Shown here: in pieces, positions 40,780 to 53,435 of the stretch
Position numbering within the stretch: position 1 is the stretch's first letter
Layout: each line of letters starts with the position of its first letter
Source of the DNA: Mobula hypostoma
Taxonomy: Eukaryota
Reading direction: 5' to 3'
Assembly: GCF_963921235.1 (NCBI RefSeq)
Contig: NC_086097.1
Coordinates: 123,320,001-123,384,000 of the forward strand
Length of the DNA: 64,000 bases
Position numbers and translations under genes: made by a program
The notes under the pieces: generated by a model
Databases searched by the model: none
Told to the model about the DNA's origin: nothing
Seen by the model: the letters and a program-made list of their open reading frames with translations, nothing else

Positions 40780-41588
40780 TCAAAGTTCAAGATTTGAGTT
40801 TATTTGTCACATGTACATGAAAACGTACAGTGAAATGTGTCATTTGTGTTAACAACCAACACACCCAGTGCCAACATTGCCTGCCCACAATGCTCGGCAG
40901 AACATCTCAGAACACCACAAAACAGAACATAACGACGAAATAACAGCAGCAAATCAAGGCCTGCTCCTCTTTCCGACCCACGCACCTACTGTACACAGTC
41001 CTCTAACCCCCAGGACAGGCCCAGAGGATGTGCTGGAGGCAGTCCGCAAGTGTCGCCACACATTCTGGTGCCAACAGAGCACGCCCGCAATGCTCGGCAG
41101 AACATCACAGAACACAAGTACAATACAACAACAGCAAAACAAGCCCCATTTTTCCCAACCCCCACCCCCACCCCCCAACTACACACACGGGCACTAACCC
41201 CAAAAAAGGCTGTCTTCTTAACAGGCTTCAAGACAGGTTGACCCTCGGATCTAGGGTGGGGGGGGGGTCCAACCAGCCTTCATCTAGGCTGTTCTGCCAG
41301 TCTGACATCCTGGCCCACAGATGCCCCACGTCCACGTCGCTGGCCTTTGAACACAGAGTGAAGACTTCAGACCAGCCTGCCCTCTAATTCCACCACATCC
41401 CCGCCCCACACCCTAACCTGACTCCAATCACTCACCACATCCCTGCCCTACACCCTAACCTGACTCCAATCTCCCACCTCTGTTCCTAAAACCATCCCCA
41501 TTAACCCAAAGAACACTAAAAAAAATCTAAAAGGGAAATGAGACCACAGTGAACTGGGAACGGAGGTCACAGCTTGGCGCCATCTTGA
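40780..41588 (-). mobile_element. Non-coding non-autonomous retroelement with internal duplications
   Basis: 5' CAAGATGGCGCCA on minus strand; internal repeat about 40866-41000 versus 41066-41200; 42-bp tandem at 41391/41433. Confidence 0.6.
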
Positions 41589-41737
41589 AAGAAAACAAGC
41601 CAGAGGGCCTGAGAGGAACAAGCATGCAAAAAAACCCTAAAAAATTAACATCATCTCCTAATCATAGGGGTCTGTTGGATTTTCAATTAGGGGTGTTCTG
41701 GTTGTGGCTGTCAAGACAAAAAACAGAAAAGTAGCAT

Positions 41738-42530
41738 ACACTCAGTGGCCACTTTATTAGGTACCTCTTAATGTGGGGAGGAAGTTTCCGACAGTTGGTG
41801 AGTCTCAGACCGGAGGGCACAGCCTCAGAATAGAGGGACGTCTATTTAAAACAGAGATGAGGAGGGATTTCTTCAGCCAGAGGGTAGTGAATCTGTGGAA
41901 TTCATTGCCACAGGCAGTGGGGAGGTCAAGTTACTAAGTATATTTAAAATGGAGGTTGATAGGTTCTTGATTAGTCAAGACATCAAAGGTTATGGGGAGA
42001 AAGCTGGAGAATGGGGTTGAGGGGGATAATGAATCACTCATGGTGGAATGGTGGTGCGGAGTCAATGGGCTGTATGGCCTAATTCTGCTTCTATGTCTTA
42101 TGGTCTGCTGTGGCCTCTTTATTAAGTTCGTGGTCTTCTTCTGCAGTAACCCACCCACTTTAAAATTCAATGTGTTGTGTGTTGGGAGATGTTCTTCTGC
42201 ACACCACTGTTGTAACACATGGTTACTTGAGTTACTGTTACCTTCCTGTCAGCTTGAACCAGTCTGGCCATTCTCCTCTGACCTCTCTCTCATCAACAAG
42301 GCATTTTTGTCCACAGAACTGCTACTCAGGGGATGTTTTTTTTTGTTTTTCACACCATTCTCCATAAACTCTAGACACTGCTGCACATGTAAATACCAGG
42401 CAGTCAGCAGTTTCTGAGATATTCTAACCACCTCGTCTGGCACCAGCAATCTTTCCGCAGTCAAAGTCATTTAGACCACAATTTCTCATTCTGATGTTTG
42501 GTCTGAACGACAACTAAATCTCTTCACCAT
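41738..42530. mobile_element. Tc1-like element (minus) split by a CR1 3' fragment (about 41770-42105, plus)
   Basis: TIR CACTCAGTGGCCACTTTATTAGGTAC after TA; Tc1 body resumes near 42110. Confidence 0.7.
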
Positions 42531-42738
42531 CATGGATCAACTTTAATCGCATGTACACTTACAGGTATTAGGAATTCGCTGTGGTGTGTTGGTTTGACAT
42601 ACACTGCAACAAAAAACAATGACATTCAACAATTATGAAGAAACTGTTAACAAATTTCACAGCACATGTGGTGATAATAAACCTGATTCTGATTCTGATT
42701 CTGATTCAGAACAAAGAATTAAAGTCTAGTTCCAAATA

Positions 42739-43216
42739 CTCCTCTGGGGTGCTGCAGACAGTGGAAACATTATTTCAGTATGCTGGTCTGCTCTACCACA
42801 CTCCCTGGATTCTCCAGTATACACGTGCCTGGATTACACATGACACTCACTCTGATCCAGGACACTGACAGGTAGCAGACCACCATTTGCTATCAGGACA
42901 ACTGTCTAGGTGATGAGCACTACCCTGCACAACGTGCAAGATATGATCACACTCGATCTGCACACGTAGGAAGTTGAATTTCAATTTAAACCTCCATGGA
43001 TGCAAAGATCAAGGAGGGTCAACCTTATTCACTGTTTACATGTATTGGGAATTTGCTGTGGTGTGGTGGCAAGACATGCAATAAAAAAAATAAACAATTA
43101 TAAGAATAATTATATTAAAAAACTTAGAGGTTAAAGTACAGATATGGAATCAAAGCGCATAGATACCAATATGTATTTACAATGTAAACAGCATTATAAA
43201 AACTGGTTTAAAGTGT
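42739..43216 (+). repeat. Local direct duplication, copy 1 (copy 2 at 55426-55896)
   Basis: Both begin CTCCTCTGGGGTGCTGCAGACAGTGGAAACATTATTTCAG and stay closely similar to CTGGTTTAAAGTGT. Confidence 0.9.
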
Positions 43217-44137
43217 CTACAGTGCAGTGACTGAGGGAATACACAGAGGTGGTTTGGGGGCGAACAGAATGACTGATTAGCTTAACTGCCTGGGTGAATG
43301 AACTTTTAAGATACTGTAGTGTGATTTTTCTTTTAATACCCTATAACGCTTTCCTGAAGAGTGCTTTTGGAAAAGGCAGTTCTCTGGGTAGGTAGTGTCT
43401 GCAATAATTTTTTCTGCGCATCTCTTTGTCCCGGACACATATAATTCCTACTGCTTAATTTGCCATGGTTTTTGTGTATCAGCAGAGGATGTTGTACTGA
43501 ACCAGAAGGGATAGACGCACCAAGTGTGGGAACCTGACTAGTACACTAATCAGAACAAAGATAAATATAAAGGGTAACGTACTGGCTTTTCTTTCCCTCC
43601 CCTTTGTTCCAACTTCTGCTTCCACAAGGTAGCATTTGTTTCCACAGCTCTCTTGATTGAATAATTAGGCTTAAAATCAAAATCAGAAATCAGGTTTATT
43701 ATCACTGACATATATTGTGAAATTTGTTGGTTTTGTGGCAGCAGTTTGGAGCAATACATAAAAAAATACTCTAAGTTACAATAAGGAAAATATATTTAAG
43801 AGGAACTTGGAACAATTTTCTGCAACCCACAGAATGTCGCCAATGATCACTGGCGCCATCTTGTGTTGAATAAAGAGGATAACTACACTTGCCTGTCATT
43901 GAAATGTTCCCACAACCAATGATCTCACTTTAAAGACTCTTTATCTCATTATCTCTTGCTCTTGTTATTTATTGCTACTTGCTTTTATTTACATTTGCAC
44001 GGTTTGTTCCCTTCTGCACTCAGGTTATCCTTTCATCGAAAACAACAGGAATTCTGCAGATGCTGGAAATTCAAGCAACACACATCAAAGTTGCTGGTGA
44101 ACGCAGCAGGCCAGGCAGCATCTGTAGGAAGAGGTGC

Positions 44138-44173
44138 AGTCGACGTTTCAGGCCGAGACCCTTCGTCAGGACT
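44138..44173 (-). ncRNA. Minimal type I hammerhead ribozyme (inverted pLTR copy)
   Basis: Exact reverse complement of the motif at 45008-45043. Confidence 0.8.
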
Positions 44174-44436
44174 AACTGAAGGAAGAGTGAGTAAGGGATT
44201 TGAAAGTTGGAGGGGGAGGGGGAGATCCAAAATGATAGGAGAAGACCCGGAGGGGGAGGGATAGAGCCAAGAGCTGGACAGGTGATAGGCAAAAGGGGAT
44301 ACGAGAGGATCATGGGACGGGAGGTCCGGGAAGAAAGACGGGGGGGGGGGGACCCAGAGGATGGGCAAGAGGTACATTCAGAGGGACAGAGGGAGAAAAA
44401 GGAGAATGAGAGAAAGAATGTGTGCATAAAAATAAG

Positions 44437-44754
44437 TACTTCACCTGTGAGTCGACTGGGGTGATATACTGCGTCCGGTGCTCCCGATGTGGCCTTTTAT
44501 ATATTGGCGAGACCCAACGCAGACTGGGAGACCGCTTTGCTGAACATCTACGTTCTGTCCGCCAGAGAAAGCAGGATCTCCCAGTGGCCACACATTTTAA
44601 TTCCACATCCCATTCCCATTCTGACATGTCTATCCACGGCCTCCTCTACTGTAAAGATGAAGCCACACTCAGGTTGGAGGAACAACACCTTATATTCCGT
44701 CTGGGTAGCCTCCAACCTGATGGCATGAACATCGACTTCTCTAACTTCCGCTAA
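44437..44754 (+). pseudogene. GIY-YIG endonuclease domain of the Penelope-like element (C-terminal fragment, open frame)
   Basis: FTCESTGVIYCVRCSRCGLLYIGETQRRLGDRFAEH..PVATHF..H..EQHLIFRLGSLQPDGMN; no upstream RT and no native start codon. Confidence 0.9.
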
Positions 44755-45007
44755 GGCTCCACCTCCCCCTCGTACCCCATCTGTTACTTATTTTTATGCA
44801 CACATTCTTTCTCTCACTCTCCTTTTTCTCCCTCTGTCCCTCTGAATATACCTCTTGCCCATCCTCTGGGTCCCCCCCCGCATCTTTCTTCCTGGACCTC
44901 CTGTCCCATGATCCTCTCGTATCCCCTTTTGCCTATCACCTGTCCAGCTCTTGGCTCTATCGCTCCCCCTCCAACTTTCAAATCCCTTACTCACTCTTCC
45001 TTCAGTT

Positions 45008-45043
45008 AGTCCTGACGAAGGGTCTCGGCCTGAAACGTCGACT
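45008..45043 (+). ncRNA. Minimal type I hammerhead ribozyme
   Basis: AGTC-CTGACGA-AGG(GTCTCGG)CCT-GAAA-CGTC-GACT: intact core, stem I AGTC/GACT, stem II AGG/CCT, palindromic ACGT stem III, predicted cleavage after C45039. Confidence 0.8.
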
Positions 45044-45209
45044 GCACCTCTTCCTACAGATGCTGCCTGGCCTGCTGCGTTCACCAGCAACTTTGATGTG
45101 TGTTGCTATCCCTTCATCGATCCTGTTACTATTACCATAGAACCATAGAAACTACATACACAGAAACAGGCCTTTTGGCCCTTCTTGGCTGTGCCGAACC
45201 ACTTTCTGC

Positions 45210-48129
45210 CTAGTCCCACTGACCTGCACACGGACCATATCCCTCCATACACCTCCCATCCATGTATCTGTCCAATTTATTCTTAAATGTTAAAAAAGAA
45301 CCCGCACTTACCACCTCGTCTGGCAGCTCATTCCATACTCCCACCACTCTCTGTGTGAAGCCCCCGCTAATGTTCCCTTTAAACTTTTCCCCCCTCACCC
45401 TTAACCCATGTCCTCTGGTTTTTTTCTCCCCTTGCCTCAGTGGAAAAAGCCTGCTTGCATTCACTCTATCTATACCCATCATAATTTTATATACCTCTAT
45501 CAAATCTCCCCTCATTCTTCTACGCTCCAGGGAATAAAGTCCTAACCTATTCAACCTTTCTCTGTAACTGAGTTTCTCAAGTCCCGGCAACATCCTTGTA
45601 AACCTTCTCTGCAGTCTTTCAAACTTATTTATATCCTTCCTGTAATTTGGTGACCAAAACTGAACACAATACTCCAGATTCGGCCTCACCAATGCCTTAT
45701 ACAACCTCATCATAACATTCCAGCTCTTATACTCAATGCTTCGATTAATAAAGGCCAATGTACCAAAAGCTCTCTTTACGACCCTATCTACCTGTGACGA
45801 CACTTTTAGGGAATTTTGTATCTGTATTCCCAGATCCCTCTGTTCCACTGCACTCCTCAGTGCCTTACCATTAACCCTGTATGTTCTACGTTGGTTTGTC
45901 CTTCCAACGTGCAATACCTCACACTTGTCAGTATTAAACTCCATCTGCCATTTTTCAGCCCATTTTTCCAGCTGGTCCAAGTCCCTCTGCAGGCTCTGAA
46001 AACCTTCCTCACTGTCTACCACACCTCCAATCTTTGTATCATCAGCCAACTTGCTGATCCAATTTACCACATTATCATCCAGATCATTGATATAGATGAC
46101 AAATAACAATGGACCCAGCACTGATCCCTGTGGCACACCACTAGTCACAGGCCTCCACTCAGAAAAGCAATTTTCTACCACCACTCTCTGGCTTCTTCCA
46201 TCGAGCCAATGTCCAATCCAATTTACCACCTCTCCATGTATACCTAGCGACTGAATTTTCCTAACTAACCTCCCATGCGGGACCTTGTCAAAGGCCTTAC
46301 TGAAGTCCATGTAGACAATATCCACTGCCTTCCCTTCATCCACTTTCCTGGTAACCTCCTCGAAAAACTCCAACAGATTGGTCAAACATGACCTACCACG
46401 CACAAAGCCATGTTGACTCTCCCTAATAAGCCCCTGTCTATCCAAATGCTTGTAGATTCTGTCTCTTAGTACTCTCTCCAATAACTTACCTACTACTGAC
46501 GTTACGCTCACCGCCTATAATTTCCCGGATTACTTTTCGATCCTTTTTTAAACAACGGAACAACATGAGCCACTCTCCAATCCTCCGGCACTTCACCCGT
46601 AGACAGCGACATTTTAAATATTTCTGCCAGGGCCCCCGCAATTTCAACACTAGTCTCCTTCAAGGTCCGAGGGAACACTCTGTCAGGTCCCGGGGATTTA
46701 TCCACTTTAATTTTCCTCAAGACAGCAAGCACCTCTTCCTTTCCAATCTGTACAGTTTCCATGGTCTCACTACTTGATTCCTCAAATCCATAGATTTCAT
46801 GCCAGCTTCCTTAGTAAATACAGACGCAAAAAACCTATTTAAGATCTCCCCCATTTCCTTTGGTTCTGCACAAAGCCAACCACTCTGATCTTCAAGAGGA
46901 CCAATATTATCCCTTACAATCCTTTTGCTCTTAATATACTTGTAAAAGCTCTTTGGATTATCCTTCACTTTGACTGCCAAGGCAACCTCATGTCTTCTTT
47001 TTGCCCTCCTGATTTCTTTCTTAAGTATTTTCTTGCACTTCTTATACTTCTCAAGCACCTGATTTACCCCGTTTCCTATACATTTCATACAACTCCCTCT
47101 TCTTCTTTATCAGAGTTGCAATATCCCTTGAGAACCAAGGTTCCTTATTCCTATTCAATTTGCCTTTAATCCCGACAGGAACATACAAACTCTGTACTCT
47201 CAAAATTTCCCCTTTGAAGGCTTCCCACCTACCAATCACATCTTTGCCAGAGAACAACCTGTCCCAATCACACTTTTTAGATCCTTTCTCATTTCTTCAA
47301 ATTTGGCCTTCTTCCAGTTCAGAACCTCAACCCTAGGACCAGATCTATCCTTGTCCATGATCAAATTGAAACTAATGGTGTTATGATCACTGGAACCATT
47401 GTGCTCCGCTACACAGACTTCTGTCACTTGCCCTAATTCGTTTCCTAACAGGAGATCCAATATTGCATCCCCTCTAGTTGGTCCCTCTATATACTGATTT
47501 AGAAAACTTTCCTGAACACATTTTACAAACTCTAAACCATCTAGACCCCTAACAGTATGGGAGTCCCAATCAATGTATGGAAAATTAAAATCCCCTACCA
47601 CCACAACTTTATGTTTCTTGCAGTTGCCTGCTATCTCTCTGCAGATTTGCTCTTCCAAGTCTTGTTGACTATTGGGTGGTCTGTAATACAATCCCACTAA
47701 TGTGGCCATACCTTTCCTGTTTCTCAGCTCCACCCATAAGGACTCAGTAGACAAGCCCTCTAATCTGTCCTGCCTGAGCACTGCTGTAATATTTTCCCTA
47801 ACAAGCAATGCTACTCCCCCACCTTTCATTCCTCTGCCTCGATCACATCTGAAACATCGGAACCCTGGAATATTAAGCTGCCAGTCCTGCCCCTCCTGCA
47901 GCCAAGTTTCACTAATTGCTACAACACCATAATTCCACGTGTCAATCCACGCCCTCAACTCATCCGCCTTTCCCGCAATACTCCTAGCATTGAAATATAT
48001 ACACCTCAGAAGATTTTTACCACCACTCACAACCTTTCTATCAGCGGATTTGCTTAAACTTTCAATATCATTTATTTTCACCCCAGCCACACTGTCAGCT
48101 CTGGCACTCTGGTTCCCATCCCCCTGCAA
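45210..48129 (-). pseudogene. CR1 ORF2 (APE endonuclease plus RT) in five frames
   Basis: YFNARSI, ISETW, VGDFN, SDH, KSPGPD, YMDFSKAFD, GVPQGSVLGP, ISKLADD. Confidence 0.93.
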
Positions 48130-48131
48130 AT

Positions 48132-49084
48132 CTAGTTTAAAGCCTCCCCAATAGCACTAACAAACCTCCCAGAAAGGATATTGGTCCCCCTGTGGTTCAA
48201 GTGTAACCCGTCTCTCTTGTACAGGTCCCACCTGCCCCAGAAGAGGTCCCAATGATCCTGAAATCTGAAACCCTGCCCCCTACACCAGTTCCTCAGCCAC
48301 TTGTTTCTCCTCCAGAGCATCCTATTCCTACCCTCACTGGCACCTAGCACAGGTAGCAATCCTGAGATTACCACCCTTGAGGTCCTGTTTTTCAACTTCC
48401 TACCAAGCTCTCTATACTCACTGTCCAGGACCTCTTCACTCTTCCTTGCTATGTCATTGGTACCGATGTGCACCACAACATCTGGCTGGTCACCCTCCCA
48501 CTTCAGAATGTCATGCAATCGATCAGAGACATCCTTGACCCTGGCATCTGGGAGGCAACAAACCATCCTGGATTCTCTGTCACGACCACAGAACCTTCTA
48601 TCTGCACCTCTAACTATCAAGTCCCCTATCACTACCGCTCTCCTCTTTTCCCCCCTCCCTTCTGCACTGCAGAGCCAGACTCAGTGCCAGAGATCCGGCT
48701 ACTGCAGCTAGTCCCAGATAAGTCATCCCCCCCAACAGTATCCAATGCGTTGTTGAGGGGAATGGCCACAGGGGAACCCTGCTCTGCCTGCTCTTTCCTC
48801 TTCCCTCGCCTGACAGTGACCGAATTTCCTGTCCTCTGCTCCTTTGGCGTAACTACCTCCCTGTAGCTACGATCTATAATCTCCTCATTCTCCCGAATGA
48901 TCCGCAGGTCATCCAGCTCCTGCTCTGGTTCCCTAATGCGGTTTGTCAGGAGCTGCAGCTGGATGCAGTTCTTGCAGGTGTCGTTGTCAGGGACACCGGA
49001 GGGCTCCCTGACTTCCCACATCCTGCAAGAGGAGCATTCCAACATCCTGCCTGGCATTCTCTCTACGCTAGACAATCTGAACAA
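48132..49084 (-). pseudogene. CR1 ORF1 (CxxC zinc finger, coiled coil, SGNH esterase), frameshifted
   Basis: CSSC...CKNC, then IGDLIVRG (GDS motif altered), VVVHIGTND, DGLHLN. Confidence 0.88.
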
Positions 49085-49581
49085 AAAACTTACCAGAACC
49101 TACCCTGGCCTCTGCCTGTTCTCGCCGAAGCCTGTTGAGCCAAAGCCGCCCCACTCTGACTCAGTCCACTCCGACGATGGCCGCTGTATATGGTGGTCTG
49201 CTTTTTAAACCTTGGCGCGCTACGTCACGCGCCTGCGCAGTGCAGACCCTTCTCCCCGAGCAGTTTTTAAAAAAAAACTAGATTTGCTCAGTATGCCCAC
49301 AAGAAAATGAATCTCAGGGTTGTTTACTGTGACATTTATCTACTTTGATATTAAAATTTACTTTGAACTTTGAACTATATATAAAAAAATAAATTAGTAG
49401 CTGCAGAAAGAGAGCAAAAAAAATGTTCATGGCCCATTCAGAAATCTGATGGCAGAGGGAGAAGCTTCTAGATAAATAAACAGAAATAATCCAAAAGTTA
49501 ATAGGATCCGGCAAAACAGAATATCTAATGAGTTAATCTGAGCAAACATTGTTAAATAAGGAAGAACCAATCAGTTAAATA

Positions 49582-49821
49582 ACTCCACCATGAACGATCT
49601 CAAGTTCAGCTGTGAAAGGGGGATGGTTGGACATGGAACTAGCAACCCCACCCCATAAAATACCCAGAGCTACAGAAACTCCAAAGACCTCATCCCTGGC
49701 AGATGAAGAACTTTCACTTCGATGGGCTACACCTGGACTCGAAGGACGGGCCCAGGACAGAGAACTCTGGTGAGCTGCTGTCAGCAGCCTGTGCCCCAAT
49801 CAGAGTGGGGGGTTTAGGAAG
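49582..49821 (+). mobile_element. RTE-derived bipartite non-autonomous element with 13-bp TSD
   Basis: TSD AATCAGTTAAATA at 49569-49581 and 49822-49834; CTAGCAACCCCACCCCATAAAA (RTE 5' UTR-like) joined to GCCCAGGACAGA..TGG (RTE 3' end-like). Confidence 0.75.
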
Positions 49822-51624
49822 AATCAGTTAAATACTAAAGTAAAGTACACGATCAAAGTTCAAAGTACATTTATTATCAAAGTATGCACAGAGTAAACAG
49901 CACTGAGATAGCTTTGATTGCTAAAATAGCTCCAACATGCAGAGCAACATCACTTGTTCTTCTGGAGGCTGGAATTGCCAAAGAATCAGAACAATGTCAA
50001 ATCATGTTTTACTAACTACAGCAACAGATTAGGTAAACCCATCACAACTGGCATAATTTTAAGGTGATGAGGGAGGGGATGTCAGAGATAAGTTATTTAT
50101 ACAAAGAGTGGTGTGTGGAATGCTCTGCTAGGGGCATTTAAGAAACTCTTGGATAGGCACATGGATGAAAGAAAAAATGGAGGGCTATGTGGAAGGAAAA
50201 TGTAGGGAGTAAGTTAACAGGTCATCACAACATTGTGGGCCGAAGGGCCTGTACTGTGCTGTAACGTTTCTTGTTCTAATTTCAAAAAGCACAGACTAAT
50301 GGAATGCTTTTTTACCACAGTTAGCATATACTAGCATTTAAGTAAGTTTGAAAATGTAAATGTTATTGTGGAAGAAGGGTAATTTTAAGAGTGCAGGTGA
50401 CATGTAACAGAGTGAGATTAGACTCGCTGGCTCAAGGGAGAAAACACATAAAAAGATTTGTTTCAGTGAAACTTCAGTTTTTTTTTTGCTCAAATACCAG
50501 AGACTTTTCCAATGCAGCTAAGTAACACTGCTAAATACTCAGAGGACTGCAATTCACATTACAAATTGAAAACAAGGTGGAGGCCCTGTGATAAAAGTTG
50601 TCTTTACCTAAACGGTATACACTCAAATGGAAATACTGTAGCATTAACCTAATCACTTGCAACATTTAGTTCCATTCAAGTTACATTGATTTAGTCATGT
50701 CTTGGGATCGAGGCATTACTGGAAAGGCTTCTATTTAGTGCCCGTCACTGACAGCCCTTGAGAAGAAGGCGGCAGATCACTACCTTGAACATCTAGTAAT
50801 GGGGTGGCACAATAGTGCAGTGGTTAGCCTAAAGCTATCAGAGTGCCGTTAAGCTTACAGGGAGAAGGTAGGAAAATGGAGTTGAGATTGATAATAAATC
50901 ATGATGGAATGGCAAATCAGACTTGACCAGCCAGATGCCCTAATTCTGCACTTATGTATGTGGTCCTTTTTGAAAATGAGACATACTGGGGTAAATTTAC
51001 ATTGCCGAGTAGTTGCCAGTGTGGCCCCCGCACCAGAACGATTTGACTAGAGCCGCAATTGTTTCTGCAACTGAAGACCAATTTTTGTTCTCCGCCTAAA
51101 GAAAGTAAAGCCTCAACATGGTCCCTTCTTCAAAAAAAACTTAGGTGGAATAGAACTTCAAGATCAGTATGGGGACTTTGAGGTATTATTAAGCAACTGT
51201 ATATTTGACTAGAATTCTTGGCTCCAAATGTTGACTGTTTACAGCTCTCCGCAGATGCTGCCTGACTTGCTGAGTTCCTCCAGCATTTTGTGTGCGTTGC
51301 TCTAGATTTCTAGTATCTACAGAATCTCTCGTGTTTATGAACTTCACACTGCCTATTCATTAACAAATCTGTCGAACTGCTTCAGCATGAAGTGATGAAC
51401 CTGCATATTTCAAATGTGGCTGGCACTAGTTAAACATTCAGTGGACTACCTAGCCCTCCTCTCCTTGCTACCATCAGAGAAGAGGTAAAGGAGCCTGAAG
51501 ACACACATTCAAAATTTTAGAAAGAGCTTCTTGCCCTCTGCCATCAGATTTCTGAACACACAATGAACCCATGAATAATCCTACTTCACTATAATTTCTT
51601 GCTTTATTTTTGCTCTATTTATAA

Positions 51625-53435
51625 GACCATAAGACTATAAGACAAAGGAGCAGGAGTCGGCCATTCAGACCATTGAGTCTGCTCCGTCATTTTATCATGA
51701 GCTGATCCATGAGACTTGTTCTGGAGCTGCTCCAGCCTATGGTCAGGCCACACTTAAATCCCCTCCAGTTCGCCTACCAGCCCCGACTAGGAGTTGAGGA
51801 TGCCATCGTCTACCTGCTGAACCGTGTCTACGCCCACCTGGACAAGCCAGCGAGCACTGTGAGGGTCATGTTTTTTGACTTCTCCAGTGCGTTCAATACC
51901 ATCTGCCCTGCTCTGCTGGGGGAGAAGCTGACAGCGATGCAGGTGGATGCTTCCCTGGTATCATGGATTCTTGATTACCTGACTGGCAGACCACAGTACG
52001 TGTGCTTGCAACACTGTGTCCGACAGAGTGATCAGCAGCACTGGGGCTCCACAGGGGACTGTCTTGTCTCCCTTTCTCTTCACCATTTACACCTTGAACT
52101 TCAACTACTGCACAGAGTTTTGTCATCTTCAGAAGTTTTCGGATGACTCTGCCATAGTTGGATGCATCAGCAAGGGAGATGAGGCTGAGTACAGGGCTAC
52201 GGTAGGAAACTTTGTCACATGGTGTGAGCAGAATTATCTGCAGCTTAATGTGAAAAAGACTAAGGAGCTGGTGGTAGACCTGAGGAGAGCTAAGATACCG
52301 GTGACCCCTGTTTCCATCCAGGGGGTCAGTGTGGACATGGTGGAGGACTACAAATACCTGGGGATACGAATTGACAATAAACTGGACTGGTCAAAGAACA
52401 CTGAGGCTGTCTACAAGAAGGGTCAGAGCCGTCTCTATTTCCTGAGGAGACCGAGGTCCTTTAACATCTGCCAGACGATGCTGAGGATGTTCTACGAGTC
52501 TGTGGTGGCCAGTGCTATCATGTTTGCTGTTGTGTGCTAGGGCAACAGGTTGAGGGTAGCAGACACCAACAGAATCAACAAACTCATTTGTAAGGCCAGT
52601 GATGTTGTGGGGATGGAACTGGACTCTCTGACGGTGGTGTCTGAAAAGAGGATGCTGTCTAAGTTGCATGCCATCTTGGTCAATGTCTCCCATCCACTAC
52701 ATAATGTACTGGGTGGACACAGGAGTACATTCAGCCAGAGACTCATTCCACCGAGATGCAGCACAGAGTGTCATAGGAAATCATTCCTGCCTGTGGCCAT
52801 CAAACGTTACAACTCCTCCCTTGGAGGGTCAGACACCCTGAGCCAATAGGCTAGTCCTGGACTTATTTCATAATTTACTGGCATAATTTACATATTACTA
52901 TTTAACTATTTATGGTTCTATTACTATTTATTATTTATGGTGCAACTGTAATGAAAACCAATTTCCCCCGGGATCAATAAAGTATGACTATGACTATGAC
53001 TATTCTCCCATTTAGTCCCACTCCCCCACCTTCTCACCATAACCTTTGATGCCCTAGGTACTCAGATACCTATCAATCTCTACCTTAAATACACCCAATG
53101 ACTTGGCCTCCACTGCCGCCCGTGGCGACAAATTCCATAGATTCACACCCCCTGGCTAAAAATATTTCTTCACATCTCTGTTCTGAATGGGCGCCCTTCA
53201 ATCCTTAAATCATGCCCTCTCATACTAGACTCTCCCATCATGGAAACAACTTTGCCACATGCACTCTGTCCATGCCCTTCAACATTCGAAATGTTTCTAT
53301 GAGGTCCCCCCTCATTCTTCCAAACTCCAAGGAATACAGTCCAAGAGCTGACGAACATTCCTCATATGTTAACCCTCTCATTCCCGGAATCATTCTGGTG
53401 AATCTTCTCTCTACCCTCTCCAACGTCAGCACATC
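51625..53435 (-). mobile_element. CR1 3' fragment split by the Rex-like insertion
   Basis: LERVERRFTRMIPGMRGLTYEE..; its tail lies at 51625-51708 on the other side of the insertion. Confidence 0.8.
51709..53003 (+). mobile_element. Rex1/Babar LINE, young 5'-truncated copy
   Basis: PLQFAYQP, MFFDFSSAFNTI, GAPQGTVLSPFLF, QKFSDD, YKYLG; AATAAA plus (TATGAC)n tail. Confidence 0.9.

Larger units (their letters stand above)
44040..45106 (+). mobile_element. Penelope-like element, 5'-truncated, with inverted pLTR and 14-bp TSD
   Basis: Inverted arms 44040-44438 and 44785-45106; GIY-YIG coding segment between; TSD TATCC(T/C)TTCATCGA at 44026-44039 and 45107-45120. Confidence 0.92.
45135..49270 (-). 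mobile_element. Near full-length CR1 LINE, young but frameshifted
   Basis: 5' UTR, ORF1, ORF2 and TTCTATGG-repeat tail all present; inserted in the same Rex-like 3' UTR (about 43880-44039, 45107-45134, 49278-49375) as the Penelope element. Confidence 0.93.

Noticed and set aside
41391..41471. Telomeric repeat relic (CCCTAA)
   Set aside because: Only single hexamers within a 42-bp tandem inside a retroelement.
44422..44754. Stand-alone GIY-YIG nuclease gene or homing endonuclease
   Set aside because: The start codon comes from the inverted pLTR; it is a truncated Penelope-like ORF.
45210..46511. Active or domesticated reverse transcriptase (also 60552-62336)
   Set aside because: Both are pieces of frameshifted CR1 ORF2 with typical tails; no sign of domestication.
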